Made by a program: the position numbers and the translations under genes
Part shown: in pieces, positions 9,912 to 18,765 of the stretch
How positions within the stretch are numbered: position 1 is the stretch's first letter
How the letters are laid out: every line of letters begins with the position of its first letter
Notes under the pieces: generated by a model
Databases searched by the model: none
Told to the model about the DNA's origin: nothing
What the model saw: only the letters and a program-made list of their open reading frames with translations
NCBI GenBank assembly: GCA_038065615.1
Contig: JBBTQQ010000008.1
Span: 10,658-74,657 of the forward strand
Source of the DNA: Patescibacteria group bacterium
Lineage (GTDB): Bacteria; Patescibacteriota; Doudnabacteria; UBA920; VMFF01
Direction: 5' to 3'
DNA: 64,000 nt

Positions 9912-10099
9912 TATTTTTTAATTAGGTTATAGAAAGACTCAAGACGAGAATCTGTTCCACAATAGAAGATGCGTTCTGTTAGATTAACGCAATATTGCGG
10001 ATTTTTATGGATATAGTTGTACTTTGGCAGGAACCAGTATAGAAATACTGCTGCTGCAAAGAACAAACCATATAGCACAAACTTTATAATTGATAGCAT
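9911..10099 (-). CDS. Small hydrophobic protein (62 aa), candidate
   Basis: Internal Met of a longer spurious ORF. The longer form would overlap tRNA-Gln on the opposite strand, so the start must be at or below 10099. TM N-terminus, two Cys. Confidence 0.3.
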   Translation of the reverse strand: MLSIIKFVLYGLFFAAAVFLYWFLPKYNYIHKNPQYCVNLTERIFYCGTDSRLESFYNLIKK

Positions 10100-10170
10100 G
10101 ATATAAGTATATCTGATCTTGTAAAAAGTGCCAATTTCTGGTATGGTAGAGAAGATTTTTAAAGGAATAT

Positions 10171-10245
10171 TGGGGTGTAGCCAAGTGGTAAGGCATGGGA
10201 CTCTGAATCCCACATCCGTAGGTTCGATCCCTACCACCCCAGCCA
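10171..10245 (+). tRNA. tRNA-Gln (anticodon CUG)
   Basis: Cloverleaf with U1-A72, D-arm GCCAAGTGGTAAGGC, anticodon loop CUCUGAA, T-arm GTAGGTTCGATCCCTAC, discriminator G and encoded CCA. Close to E. coli tRNA-Gln. Confidence 0.85.
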
Positions 10246-10301
10246 AAATCAAATATTCTTTTAGATGGTTTTTCCATAAATTTAAATTATAAATTTTATA
10301 T

Positions 10302-10997
10302 ATGGCTGAATATAGAGACGAAGTTCCGTTTAACGATCTTGAGACTACCGGCAAACAAGGTAAGTATTTTGAGGCAAAAGAATTGGTCCAAGATCCTGAT
10401 TTGATAGTGAAGGAAGCAAGAACAAAGTGGGGTATGTTTGAAACAAAAGGAGTACATCCTTTAAATGATTTGGAGCGCATAAAGGAAGATCTCGCTATAG
10501 TCAAAGACAATTTTGCAGAATTTATTCCTGAAACAAATTTAGTTGTAGGGAAGAACCAAAAGGGAAAAGAAGTTGTATACATAGTTCAGCATAAAATACA
10601 TGGACTGGAATTAAAAGATGCTAAACCAGATGAGGAGACCATATCTCAACTAAGGATTTTTTTTGAAGCTGTTGTAGTGGCATATATTAAAAATTTGTAC
10701 TATCCTAAAAATTCTCAAGAACCTTCTTCGATTTTTCCGGACATTAAAGGATGGAATTTTATAGTAGGCAGAGATAATAAAATTGGTGGACAAGAAGGCC
10801 GTCTATATTTCGTAGATACGTACCCCGTAGAAGGTTCTACTGTCAGCTATTTTTTGGAAGAGTATATACCTAGTATTGTTAGACCAACTTTTCCTGAATG
10901 GTGTCATCCTTTGATCGACGAGTTTAGGTTAAAGGCTACTAAAAGGTTAGAAGAATATATAAAAGAGAAGGACGACCAAATTCCCAAAGTGATCTGA
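10302..10997 (+). CDS. Hypothetical protein (231 aa)
   Basis: Clean ORF, typical composition, no recognisable motifs. Confidence 0.55.
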   Translation: MAEYRDEVPFNDLETTGKQGKYFEAKELVQDPDLIVKEARTKWGMFETKGVHPLNDLERIKEDLAIVKDNFAEFIPETNLVVGKNQKGKEVVYIVQHKIHGLELKDAKPDEETISQLRIFFEAVVVAYIKNLYYPKNSQEPSSIFPDIKGWNFIVGRDNKIGGQEGRLYFVDTYPVEGSTVSYFLEEYIPSIVRPTFPEWCHPLIDEFRLKATKRLEEYIKEKDDQIPKVI

Positions 10998-11148
10998 AGT
11001 TTAGTTCCATTCCAACATCGTCTCATAATCCCAGATAAAAATACTATTAATGACCACGGGTGTCATCCATAGTTCAGCTGACATTGAACAAATGACCAAA
11101 ATAGTTGATGTCTCACATTTATCAATTAATTCAAAGGTTTTAACATAA

Positions 11149-11670
11149 ATGAAACTCCTCAAAACAATAAACCCTGAAAACGTTTCTGAAGAAGAAGTTA
11201 ATAAATACTCTATTCGCGAAGCAGCTCGCGCCTTGGTTATAGACAATCAAGGTCATATTGCAATACTTCATGTTTCAAAAGCCGGCTATTACAAAATCCC
11301 GGGTGGTGGTATTGAGGGGGAGGAGAATAAAGAAGTTGCGCTCAGAAGAGAATGCATGGAAGAAATAGGTTGTGATGTAGATATACTTGGAGAAGTTGGG
11401 ATGATTCTTGAATACAGAAAGTTTTCAAGCGAAAAACAGGTATCTTACTGCTACATCGCTAAACTAAAAGGTAAAAAAGGTAAACCAAGCTTTACTGATG
11501 AAGAATCAAACAATAGTTTTGAAGAACTTTGGTTGCCTTACAACGAAGCAATTATGCTTTTCCATGAGAACAAAACTACTGACTTTGAAGGAAGCAAATA
11601 CATTGTTGAAAGAGACAAAACCTTCTTAAAAGAAGCCAAGAATACATACCCAAACCTTTTTAATATATAA
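11149..11670 (+). CDS. NUDIX hydrolase
   Basis: Nudix box GGGIEGEENKEVALRRECMEEIG. Confidence 0.8.
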   Translation: MKLLKTINPENVSEEEVNKYSIREAARALVIDNQGHIAILHVSKAGYYKIPGGGIEGEENKEVALRRECMEEIGCDVDILGEVGMILEYRKFSSEKQVSYCYIAKLKGKKGKPSFTDEESNNSFEELWLPYNEAIMLFHENKTTDFEGSKYIVERDKTFLKEAKNTYPNLFNI

Positions 11671-11675
11671 TAACC

Positions 11676-11848
11676 CTAGGTATATAAAAGAGTCCAAAAA
11701 GCCTAATAAAAAGAGTGTTTCAGAAGCAGGAGGCAAAGGTGCTTCCTTAGGAGAAATGACCAACGCAAAAATGCCGGTTCCACCGGGATTCGTTGTTCTT
11801 TCTTCTGTTTTCAATCGTTTCCTAGAAGAAACAGATTTAGACAGGTTC
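11676..11848 (+). pseudogene. Degenerate duplicate of the 5' end of the PPDK_N ATP-grasp gene (copy of 13848-14019), start codon mutated ATG to AGG
   Basis: About 170 bp at roughly 90% identity to the start of gene 13850-14785. Antisense ORFs 11626-11814 and 13831-14052 share the identical peptide EARTTNPGGTGIFALVISPKEAPLPPASETLFLL because of this DNA repeat. Confidence 0.6.
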
Positions 11849-11869
11849 GGAGTCCGAGGAATATAATTT

Positions 11870-12274
11870 ATGAATGAAGAAAAAAATACAATCGGTTGGC
11901 TTCTTTACGATATGATAAGTAAAAGAATCCTGTTGCATCGAAGGGATCACGAAGCTAAAGAGAGTCCTGACTGTTGGGATTGCTTTGGTGGCAAAGTAGA
12001 AAATGGAGAAACTGCGTACGAAGGATTTTTAAGAGAACTTTGCGAGGAGCTAGGAATAACCGTCGATAAAAACAAGGTAACAGAGTTGGCTTTAGCCAAT
12101 GCGGGGACATTATATTTCATACCATTTTCTATGAAAGATACGTGCAAGCTTCGACTAGGAGAAGGTGCTGGGTTTGCTTGGTTATCTATTGACTACGCAC
12201 TTCGACTTGATGATATTACAGACTACGCCAAAAAGATTATAGTAATTTTCCAAGCCAGCAAGTCAAAGTTTTGA
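11870..12274 (+). CDS. NUDIX hydrolase
   Basis: Nudix box GGKVENGETAYEGFLRELCEELG. Confidence 0.75.
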   Translation: MNEEKNTIGWLLYDMISKRILLHRRDHEAKESPDCWDCFGGKVENGETAYEGFLRELCEELGITVDKNKVTELALANAGTLYFIPFSMKDTCKLRLGEGAGFAWLSIDYALRLDDITDYAKKIIVIFQASKSKF

Positions 12275-12322
12275 TATTATTGAGCCAATATTTATCAAGA
12301 ATAATACAGTAAGCCCAAAGGT

Positions 12323-13804
12323 ATGAAGAACCACTATTTTAAAACAGAGCTTGTCAAAATGGGCAAATGGGAAACGCCCCCTTTAGACTATGAGACATGG
12401 AATGGTCAAAATACAAACGTCCATTTCAAAAAATACTTTGGACTTCAAAAAGGCATACTTAATATTTATGACTTCAAGGAAGGTTACTCACATGTTTATG
12501 CCCCTAAAAGCTATTTAAAATCATTATTCGCGTATATTCGTGCTAATACTGCTAAAGATTACAAGTTTTTGGATAGAAAACTTAAAGCTTTTTATCCTTT
12601 AGTACAGAAATCAAAGCTTATAGTAAAGAAGGTAAAAACTAACGACCTTAGAGATATAACAAACGAAGAGCTGATCAAACGATACCAGACCATAAGGGAA
12701 CGTGTTCAACGCATCGCAATTTTTGATCAATTTGGTTGGCTGGGAGAAGAATATTGGACTCCTGTTATGGAGTATGTTTTAGTTAAAAAGCTTAGTTTGT
12801 TAAAAGGTAGCTCGTTGTATAATAAAATACTTTTCGCACTAACTAAGCCAGAAATGAAATCAACGACCTTGACTGAGCGACAGGCAGTTATTTTAGAGGC
12901 ACTGAAAATTAAACTAAACAAATCTACGGTCGTGAGATCTTCGCAGCAATTAGCAAAAAAATGGGGTTGGTTGCCCGTTTTTAATTTTGGAACAGCATGG
13001 GGTGCTAGTTACTATAATGAGGAGCTAAGTAATCAAGTAAAGATTAAACAAAGTGTTTTGCTTGTACAGCATAGTGTTTTAAAAAATTACACAAGAACGA
13101 GGAACCAAGAAATCACTAATATCGTGAAGCATCATGCCATCAAAAAGAAAGACCTCCAGATATTTGTTGACTTTGGACTGGCATTAGATACAAGAAACGA
13201 AGCAGAATATTTTGTAAGTTATTGTGGTTTTCATTTAATTCCTATTTACGCAGAGATAGCACGACGTTTTTCTTTGTCTATTCCTGAATTAAGGAAATTT
13301 ACTGAGCAGGAGCTTATTGATACCTTGAAAGGCATAACTACCACAAAAGCTATTCTATCTTCTCGCAAAAAGTTTTTTACTTCTGGTTATGATGAAAAAA
13401 TGGAAAAAAGAATCAATTATAGCGCTCAAGAATCTGAAAGGCTTTTCAAATTTGTTCAAACCCATGCTAAGTCTTTGCAAGGAGCAGAAGGTAGCAAGGG
13501 CGTCTGTGCAAGTCCAGGCAAAGCTATTGGCAAGGCTAGAATTGTTCCTTTCCCAAAAGACAATTACAAAGTAAAGACTGGGGATATACTCATAACACAC
13601 GCCACAACAGTTGACTATTTGCCTGCAATGAAGAAAGCTAGCGCAATAATTACAGAGGTGGGTGGGTTGACTTGTCATGCCGCTGTAGTTTCGCGAGAGT
13701 TTGGTATTCCGTGTATAGTGGCTTTACCAAATGCCATGAAAATGTTTAAAGACGGTGTATTGATTGAAGTGAATGCAGACAATGGTACAGTTAAGAAAGT
13801 TTAA
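12323..13804 (+). CDS. PEP-utilizing-enzyme mobile (phosphohistidine swivel) domain protein with unknown N-terminal domain
   Basis: C-terminal GDILITHATTVDYLPAMKKASAIITEVGGLTCHAAVVSREFGIPCIV matches the PEP-utilizers His domain. The ~350-aa N-terminus is uncharacterised. Confidence 0.75.
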   Translation: MKNHYFKTELVKMGKWETPPLDYETWNGQNTNVHFKKYFGLQKGILNIYDFKEGYSHVYAPKSYLKSLFAYIRANTAKDYKFLDRKLKAFYPLVQKSKLIVKKVKTNDLRDITNEELIKRYQTIRERVQRIAIFDQFGWLGEEYWTPVMEYVLVKKLSLLKGSSLYNKILFALTKPEMKSTTLTERQAVILEALKIKLNKSTVVRSSQQLAKKWGWLPVFNFGTAWGASYYNEELSNQVKIKQSVLLVQHSVLKNYTRTRNQEITNIVKHHAIKKKDLQIFVDFGLALDTRNEAEYFVSYCGFHLIPIYAEIARRFSLSIPELRKFTEQELIDTLKGITTTKAILSSRKKFFTSGYDEKMEKRINYSAQESERLFKFVQTHAKSLQGAEGSKGVCASPGKAIGKARIVPFPKDNYKVKTGDILITHATTVDYLPAMKKASAIITEVGGLTCHAAVVSREFGIPCIVALPNAMKMFKDGVLIEVNADNGTVKKV

Positions 13805-13849
13805 ATGTATAATTAAAAGACTTTTCCGTGTTATAGTCTTAATAACCCT

Positions 13850-14785
13850 ATGTATATAAAAGAATTCAAAAAGCTTAATAAAAAGAGTGTTTCAGAAGCA
13901 GGAGGCAAGGGTGCTTCCTTGGGAGAAATGACTAATGCAAAAATGCCGGTTCCACCCGGATTCGTTGTTCTTGCTTCTGCTTTCAATCGTTTCCTAGAAG
14001 AAACAGATTTAGATACTGAAATAGAAGCATTGTTTAAAAAGGTTAAACACAATGATATTAATTCAGTTGAAAGAGCATCGGTTGAAATTAGACAGCTAAT
14101 CTTAGAAGCTACGATGCCAAAAGATCTTCAACAAGATATTCTAAAATCTTTTAAAGCGTTAAAAGCAACATATGTTGCAGTAAGATCATCAGCAACCGCA
14201 GAAGACTCTAAAACTGCTTCCTGGGCAGGGGAGTTAGAGACATACTTAAACGTTACTGAAAAAAACGTTATTGCAATGGTTAAAAAATGCTGGTCGTCTT
14301 TGTTTACTCCAAGGGCGATTTTTTATCGCTATGAAAAGAAATTAAACAAAAAGGTAGTTTCTGTCGCGGTTGTTGTTCAAACAATGGTTCAATCAGAAGT
14401 TGCTGGTATTAGTTTTACAGTTCATCCTGTAACCAAAGATTATAACCAGATGGTCATTGAAGCAGGCTTTGGTTTAGGGGAAGCAATTGTTTCTGGATCT
14501 GTTACTCCTGATACATACGTTGTACACAAAAAAGATTTTTCAATCTTGGATATAAACATATCTGAACAATCAATGATGATTGTAAAATCAGGAAACAGGA
14601 ATTTAAACAAAAAGCTTTCTAAAAAAGACGGCGGTAAACAAAAACTTTCAGGGAAACAAATAGTTGAGCTTGCAAAGATATGTAAGAACATAGAAAAACA
14701 CTATAAACATCCACAAGACATAGAGTGGGCATATACAAACAACAAGTTCTATATAACTCAATCAAGACCGATTACAACACTTTAA
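13850..14785 (+). CDS. Pyruvate phosphate dikinase / PEP synthase N-terminal ATP-grasp (PEP/pyruvate-binding) domain protein, stand-alone
   Basis: AGGKGASLGEM...VAVRSSATAEDS...SWAGELETY and the rest match the PPDK_N/PpsA N-terminal nucleotide-binding domain. No swivel or TIM-barrel domain in the same ORF. Confidence 0.8.
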   Translation: MYIKEFKKLNKKSVSEAGGKGASLGEMTNAKMPVPPGFVVLASAFNRFLEETDLDTEIEALFKKVKHNDINSVERASVEIRQLILEATMPKDLQQDILKSFKALKATYVAVRSSATAEDSKTASWAGELETYLNVTEKNVIAMVKKCWSSLFTPRAIFYRYEKKLNKKVVSVAVVVQTMVQSEVAGISFTVHPVTKDYNQMVIEAGFGLGEAIVSGSVTPDTYVVHKKDFSILDINISEQSMMIVKSGNRNLNKKLSKKDGGKQKLSGKQIVELAKICKNIEKHYKHPQDIEWAYTNNKFYITQSRPITTL

Positions 14786-14789
14786 CAAC

Positions 14790-16100
14790 ATGCCAAAAGA
14801 GAAAAGCGCCAAACAGATTGAATTGGAGGTTTTAAAATACAAAGACTGGGAATGGTGGGCAGAGCGTCCTTTTGGTGCTTTTGTTATGTCACTCTTCAGA
14901 GAGGGGCAAAAAAGAGAATACATACGCAAATTTGGTGTTGACGCAGAGTGGCCAGTCTTACTCTTTCAAAAAGGCACTTTTTACAAAAGTGAAACAGTTT
15001 GGAATATCTTTGCAAAACAGTTAGAAAAATATTTAGCAAAAGGTGGAACGGTTTTTAGCATAACAAAATCATGTGAAAGATTTTTAGTTAATAACAAAAA
15101 ATTCGTTAGAGATTTAAACAAATCTAAACTCCCACCTCAAAAGAAACTCCAGAAGCTTTATGAACCCCTAACGTTAATTATGAGTTATATTTGGTTAACT
15201 CACGGTTTTGAACATGTTTACAAAAAACGTCTTTACAAAGAAGTTCCAAAATATATAAAAGGGGATATAGACAAATACATTGGTGATATTAGCTTTCCTA
15301 TTAAAAAGAACGCGCACCATCACTTAGAAGAAGCTTTAAGAAGCAAACAGCCTTTGGAACAAATTCGAGAACGATGGGGCTGGATTAAAGCTCGAGATGG
15401 TTTTTCTGATATATTCACAATCAAAGAATTAGCTTTAGAGCGTAAGAAACTAAAGGGAACAAAACACTCGACCTTTAAAAAAATAAGGGTTCCTAAAGCT
15501 TTACAATCACTAGCAAAGGTATCCCAAGAGCTAGTGTATTTAAGAACGTTAAGAACTGACGTGCTTTATGAATTAATGTATTTAGCTCGTCCGACACTTA
15601 ATGAGGTTGCAAAGCTATACAAAATTCCTTTCAAAAGCTTAAGAGACTACGCTGTTTGGGATTTGGTTCAAGGAAAACTTAAAAAATACCTATATACTCC
15701 TGATTTGTCAGCAATCAGTGTTGGTAAGGACTTTGTATTATTAGATCATCCGATATTGAAAGACAGATACGGGAAAATGGATTCCATAAAAGGGTTAATA
15801 GCAAACAAAGGATTTGCTGTCGGTAGAGCAAAGATAGTTAAGATTGCTCACGAGATAGGAAAGGTTAAAAAAGGGGATATACTATTTGCACCAACAACCT
15901 TCCCTTCCTTTATCATGGGAATGAAAAGAGCGGCAGCTTTTGTTACTGACGAAGGGGGTATTACATCACACGCAGCGATTACAGCTAGAGAAATGAAAAA
16001 ACCTTGCGTTATAGGGACACAAATTGGAACAAAAGTCTTCAAAGATGGTGATTTAATAGAAGTAGATGCAAATAACGGGATTGTTAGAAAGGTGAAATAA
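14790..16100 (+). CDS. PEP-utilizing-enzyme mobile (swivel) domain protein, paralog of 12323-13804
   Basis: C-terminal GDILFAPTTFPSFIMGMKRAAAFVTDEGGITSHAAITAREMKKPCVIG. The N-terminal domain has the same architecture as the upstream paralog. Confidence 0.75.
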   Translation: MPKEKSAKQIELEVLKYKDWEWWAERPFGAFVMSLFREGQKREYIRKFGVDAEWPVLLFQKGTFYKSETVWNIFAKQLEKYLAKGGTVFSITKSCERFLVNNKKFVRDLNKSKLPPQKKLQKLYEPLTLIMSYIWLTHGFEHVYKKRLYKEVPKYIKGDIDKYIGDISFPIKKNAHHHLEEALRSKQPLEQIRERWGWIKARDGFSDIFTIKELALERKKLKGTKHSTFKKIRVPKALQSLAKVSQELVYLRTLRTDVLYELMYLARPTLNEVAKLYKIPFKSLRDYAVWDLVQGKLKKYLYTPDLSAISVGKDFVLLDHPILKDRYGKMDSIKGLIANKGFAVGRAKIVKIAHEIGKVKKGDILFAPTTFPSFIMGMKRAAAFVTDEGGITSHAAITAREMKKPCVIGTQIGTKVFKDGDLIEVDANNGIVRKVK

Positions 16101-16552
16101 TGACAATAACCCTTTGTGGCAGCATTGCTTTCATTGATCAGATGTATGAACTAAAAGAAAAGCTCGAAATTCTAGGTTTTGATGTTTTAATCCCTCCTGA
16201 CAAAGTTCCTAACAAAGAAAGGGAGTTAATCAACGTAAAAGATTATTACGCTTCTAAAAAGAAAGCAATGGCAGCTAACAATCATGCTTGGGTTACAGAG
16301 GGTAATCTAGATAACAGAATCAGGGATCACTTTGATAAGGTGACCAAAGGAGATGCGATTCTTGTTGCTAACTATGATAAAAACGGGATTAAATGGTATG
16401 TTGGTCCAAATAGTTTGGTTGAAATGGGTGTTGCTTTTTACTTAAACAAAAAGATATATCTATTAAATCCAGTTCCTGATGTTGCTTACAAAGAAGAGAT
16501 TCTGGGAATGAGACCAATAGTCATTGAAAATGATTTAAGTAGGATAAAATAA
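16100..16552 (+). CDS. Nucleoside 2-deoxyribosyltransferase-like protein (tentative)
   Basis: 150 aa with a NSLVEMGVAFYL segment resembling the NDT catalytic-Glu region. TAATG overlap with the upstream gene. Confidence 0.4.
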   Translation: MTITLCGSIAFIDQMYELKEKLEILGFDVLIPPDKVPNKERELINVKDYYASKKKAMAANNHAWVTEGNLDNRIRDHFDKVTKGDAILVANYDKNGIKWYVGPNSLVEMGVAFYLNKKIYLLNPVPDVAYKEEILGMRPIVIENDLSRIK

Positions 16553-16580
16553 AACCGCAGGTAGTCTGCGGTTTTAATAT
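16553..16580. terminator. Bidirectional rho-independent terminator AACCGCAG-gtagt-CTGCGGTT flanked by T/A runs
   Basis: Lies between convergent genes. 8-bp stem and U-tracts on both strands. Confidence 0.6.
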
Positions 16581-16592
16581 CTTTAACTTTAG

Positions 16593-17183
16593 TTATTGAT
16601 TTGTTGTGCTTGGTATACTAGCAGGAGTTTTTGTGTTACATGCTGTTCTTGTTTTCTTTGCAGTATTTTCCGCTTCCTTATATGAAGTCTTAAACGATGT
16701 TTGAGCTGTTTTAACAGCTGCTTTGAAATCTGCTTGTGCTTTTTTCGTAGCTGTTTTCTTTGCTACTTTTTCTGCATCAGTTGTTACAGGCATCTGTCTT
16801 ACTGCGTGGAGTGCTGTTTCTCTTGCTGAGAAAGCGGTTTTAACAGTATTCATTCTTGCTTCTCTAGCATCTTTTTTTGCTTCTTCTTTAGTCTTTACCG
16901 CCCCTTTTATACAAGCTGTCTTAATTTCTTCAATCTTTTTCTTTGCTTCAATTTTCTCTTTCCTTTCCTGTACTTTCTTTTGTATCTCTGTTTTCTTTGC
17001 TTCTAACTTTAACTCTTGGGCTTTTTTCAAAGCTTCAAACCTTTTCTCTTGTTCAGCTTTTTTAATTTGCATCTGTTCAGTTTTTGTATTCTGAGTAGAT
17101 GTATTGTCATCTGCAAACACTGGTACTGCTGTTAAAGCAAACATCACAGCTATGGAAGAACCTAATATTGCTAACTTACTCAT
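16593..17183 (-). CDS. Secreted lysine/glutamate/alanine-rich coiled-coil protein
   Basis: Signal peptide MSKLAILGSSIAVMFALTAVPVFA, then a low-complexity KEA-rich helical region. Confidence 0.55.
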   Translation of the reverse strand: MSKLAILGSSIAVMFALTAVPVFADDNTSTQNTKTEQMQIKKAEQEKRFEALKKAQELKLEAKKTEIQKKVQERKEKIEAKKKIEEIKTACIKGAVKTKEEAKKDAREARMNTVKTAFSARETALHAVRQMPVTTDAEKVAKKTATKKAQADFKAAVKTAQTSFKTSYKEAENTAKKTRTACNTKTPASIPSTTNQ

Positions 17184-17255
17184 ATTTTTGTGTTTCTTTG
17201 TATTAGTTAATTAAACGCATCTTCATTATACCATATTTTCTGATATACTGCTAAC

Positions 17256-17864
17256 ATGTTTCGAAAAATATCAAAATATTTAATATATTTAATAGCAATA
17301 GCGGGTGCTTTGTATATTGGAGCGCTTGTGTATATATTAAGTTTTTCGATAAAGCCAAACATTCCAGAGCATGCTGATGCTATTTTAATTCTCGGAGCAA
17401 AGGTTAATCTAGACAACAGTCCATCTGATCCACTGTACGAACGAACTAATGAAGCAGTAAAGCTTTATGCACAGAATAAGGCTGACTATATCATAACAAC
17501 AGGAGGGGTTGGTTTAGGTTCAGCTCCAGAAGCAAGCATCTCAGCGTTGGTTGCGCAAGAAAAAGGAGTTCCTAAAGACAAGATACTAACAGACAAAACT
17601 TCTCACAATACTTTTCAAAACGTTGATGAAGGAAAAAAAATTGCTAATGAATACAACATTAAATCAGTGATAGTCATAAGCGACAGATACCATGTTGCTA
17701 GGGGGGTGTTAGTTGCAAGACATCTTGGGTTTAATCCAGTGTATTGGGATTATCCAGATTTAGGATATTACAAAAAAGAACTTCTCTTACAAAACTATGC
17801 GAGAGAAGCCTTAGCAATTCTTTTTTACTTACCTAAAATATATTTAACTAAAGTTTTGTATTAA
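17256..17864 (+). CDS. DUF218 (YdcF/SanA/ElyC-like) domain protein
   Basis: N-terminal TM helix, ILILGAKV...ITTGG...SEA...NTFQN...VISDRYHVAR pattern of DUF218. Confidence 0.7.
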   Translation: MFRKISKYLIYLIAIAGALYIGALVYILSFSIKPNIPEHADAILILGAKVNLDNSPSDPLYERTNEAVKLYAQNKADYIITTGGVGLGSAPEASISALVAQEKGVPKDKILTDKTSHNTFQNVDEGKKIANEYNIKSVIVISDRYHVARGVLVARHLGFNPVYWDYPDLGYYKKELLLQNYAREALAILFYLPKIYLTKVLY

Positions 17865-18765
17865 CAAACTTTGGATACCCACGAACAAAGTCTAAAATCG
17901 TTGTTGGATTTTTTCCTTCAAGTTGTAGTTCTAAGAGTTCTAAACTTCCGTTAGTGCAACCAACAAATATTTTTTCACCTTGTTTAAAAACCATTCCAGG
18001 TTCAATGTCTTTAATCTCAGATACAAGACATTTTTTAATCTTTAAAATCTTACTGTCAAAAGAAGACCAAATCCCTGGCCATTGAATAAACGCTCGGTAT
18101 TTGTTATAGATATCTTTAACATCAGTATTCCAATCAATTTTGCCGTCTTCTTTTGTTATTGTCTGACAAAAACTTGCTTCAGAGTGATTTTGCGCAATTG
18201 GTTTTAATTTGCCTTCTAAGAAACCATTGATTGTTGGAACAATCATTTCCTTTGCAAGAGAGCAAAGTTTTTGTTCAAGCTCCTTAAAAGTGTCTTCAGG
18301 CTGTATCTTAACTGATTCCATTTTTAAAATCGGTCCATGATCCATCTTTTCATCCATCAGCATTATTGTTATGCCAGTTTCAGTTTCTCCAGAAAGGATT
18401 GCTGATTGAATAGGGGAAGCACCACGAAACTTTGGTAATAACGAGCCGTGAATGTTAATTGGAGTAGCTAAATCTAAAATCCCTTTTGGGATTATATGCC
18501 CGTACGCAACAACAAGAAAAGCATCAGCTTTAGGTAGTGCTTTTAATTCATTGAAAGCATAGGGTTCTTTTAAGTTCTCTGGTTTAAATATTGGAACGTT
18601 TAGAGATCTTGCTTCTTTTGAAACAACGCTTTCAGTTATTTCTTGTTTTCTTCCAACTGGTCTATCTGGTTGTGTTACAACCGCAAGAATCTCAAAACTT
18701 TCTTTGAGTGTTTTTAAAATCTCTTTTGAGAACTCTGATGTACCAAAAAAAACTATTTTTTTCAT
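17848..18765 (-). CDS. fmt: Methionyl-tRNA formyltransferase
   Basis: N-terminal formyltransferase motifs (IVFFGT...HGSLLPKFRGASPIQ) and a C-terminal Fmt domain. Confidence 0.9.
   Translation of the reverse strand: MKKIVFFGTSEFSKEILKTLKESFEILAVVTQPDRPVGRKQEITESVVSKEARSLNVPIFKPENLKEPYAFNELKALPKADAFLVVAYGHIIPKGILDLATPINIHGSLLPKFRGASPIQSAILSGETETGITIMLMDEKMDHGPILKMESVKIQPEDTFKELEQKLCSLAKEMIVPTINGFLEGKLKPIAQNHSEASFCQTITKEDGKIDWNTDVKDIYNKYRAFIQWPGIWSSFDSKILKIKKCLVSEIKDIEPGMVFKQGEKIFVGCTNGSLELLELQLEGKNPTTILDFVRGYPKFVNTKL

Noticed and set aside
9911-10582. 223-aa minus-strand ORF
   Set aside because: It runs straight through tRNA-Gln (10171-10245, opposite strand) and into the next plus-strand gene. 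Only its C-terminal 62 codons (from Met at 10099) are retained as a candidate small ORF.
11626-11814. 62-aa minus-strand ORF sharing a 34-aa identical peptide with ORF 13831-14052
   Set aside because: Both are antisense to the duplicated 5' segment of the PPDK_N gene. The shared peptide is a consequence of the DNA repeat, not a real paralogous protein pair.
16723-17094. 123-aa plus-strand ORF rich in F/S/A/C
   Set aside because: It is the antisense frame of the K/E-rich secreted protein gene 16593-17183. The odd composition mirrors the lysine codons (AAA to TTT) on the opposite strand.
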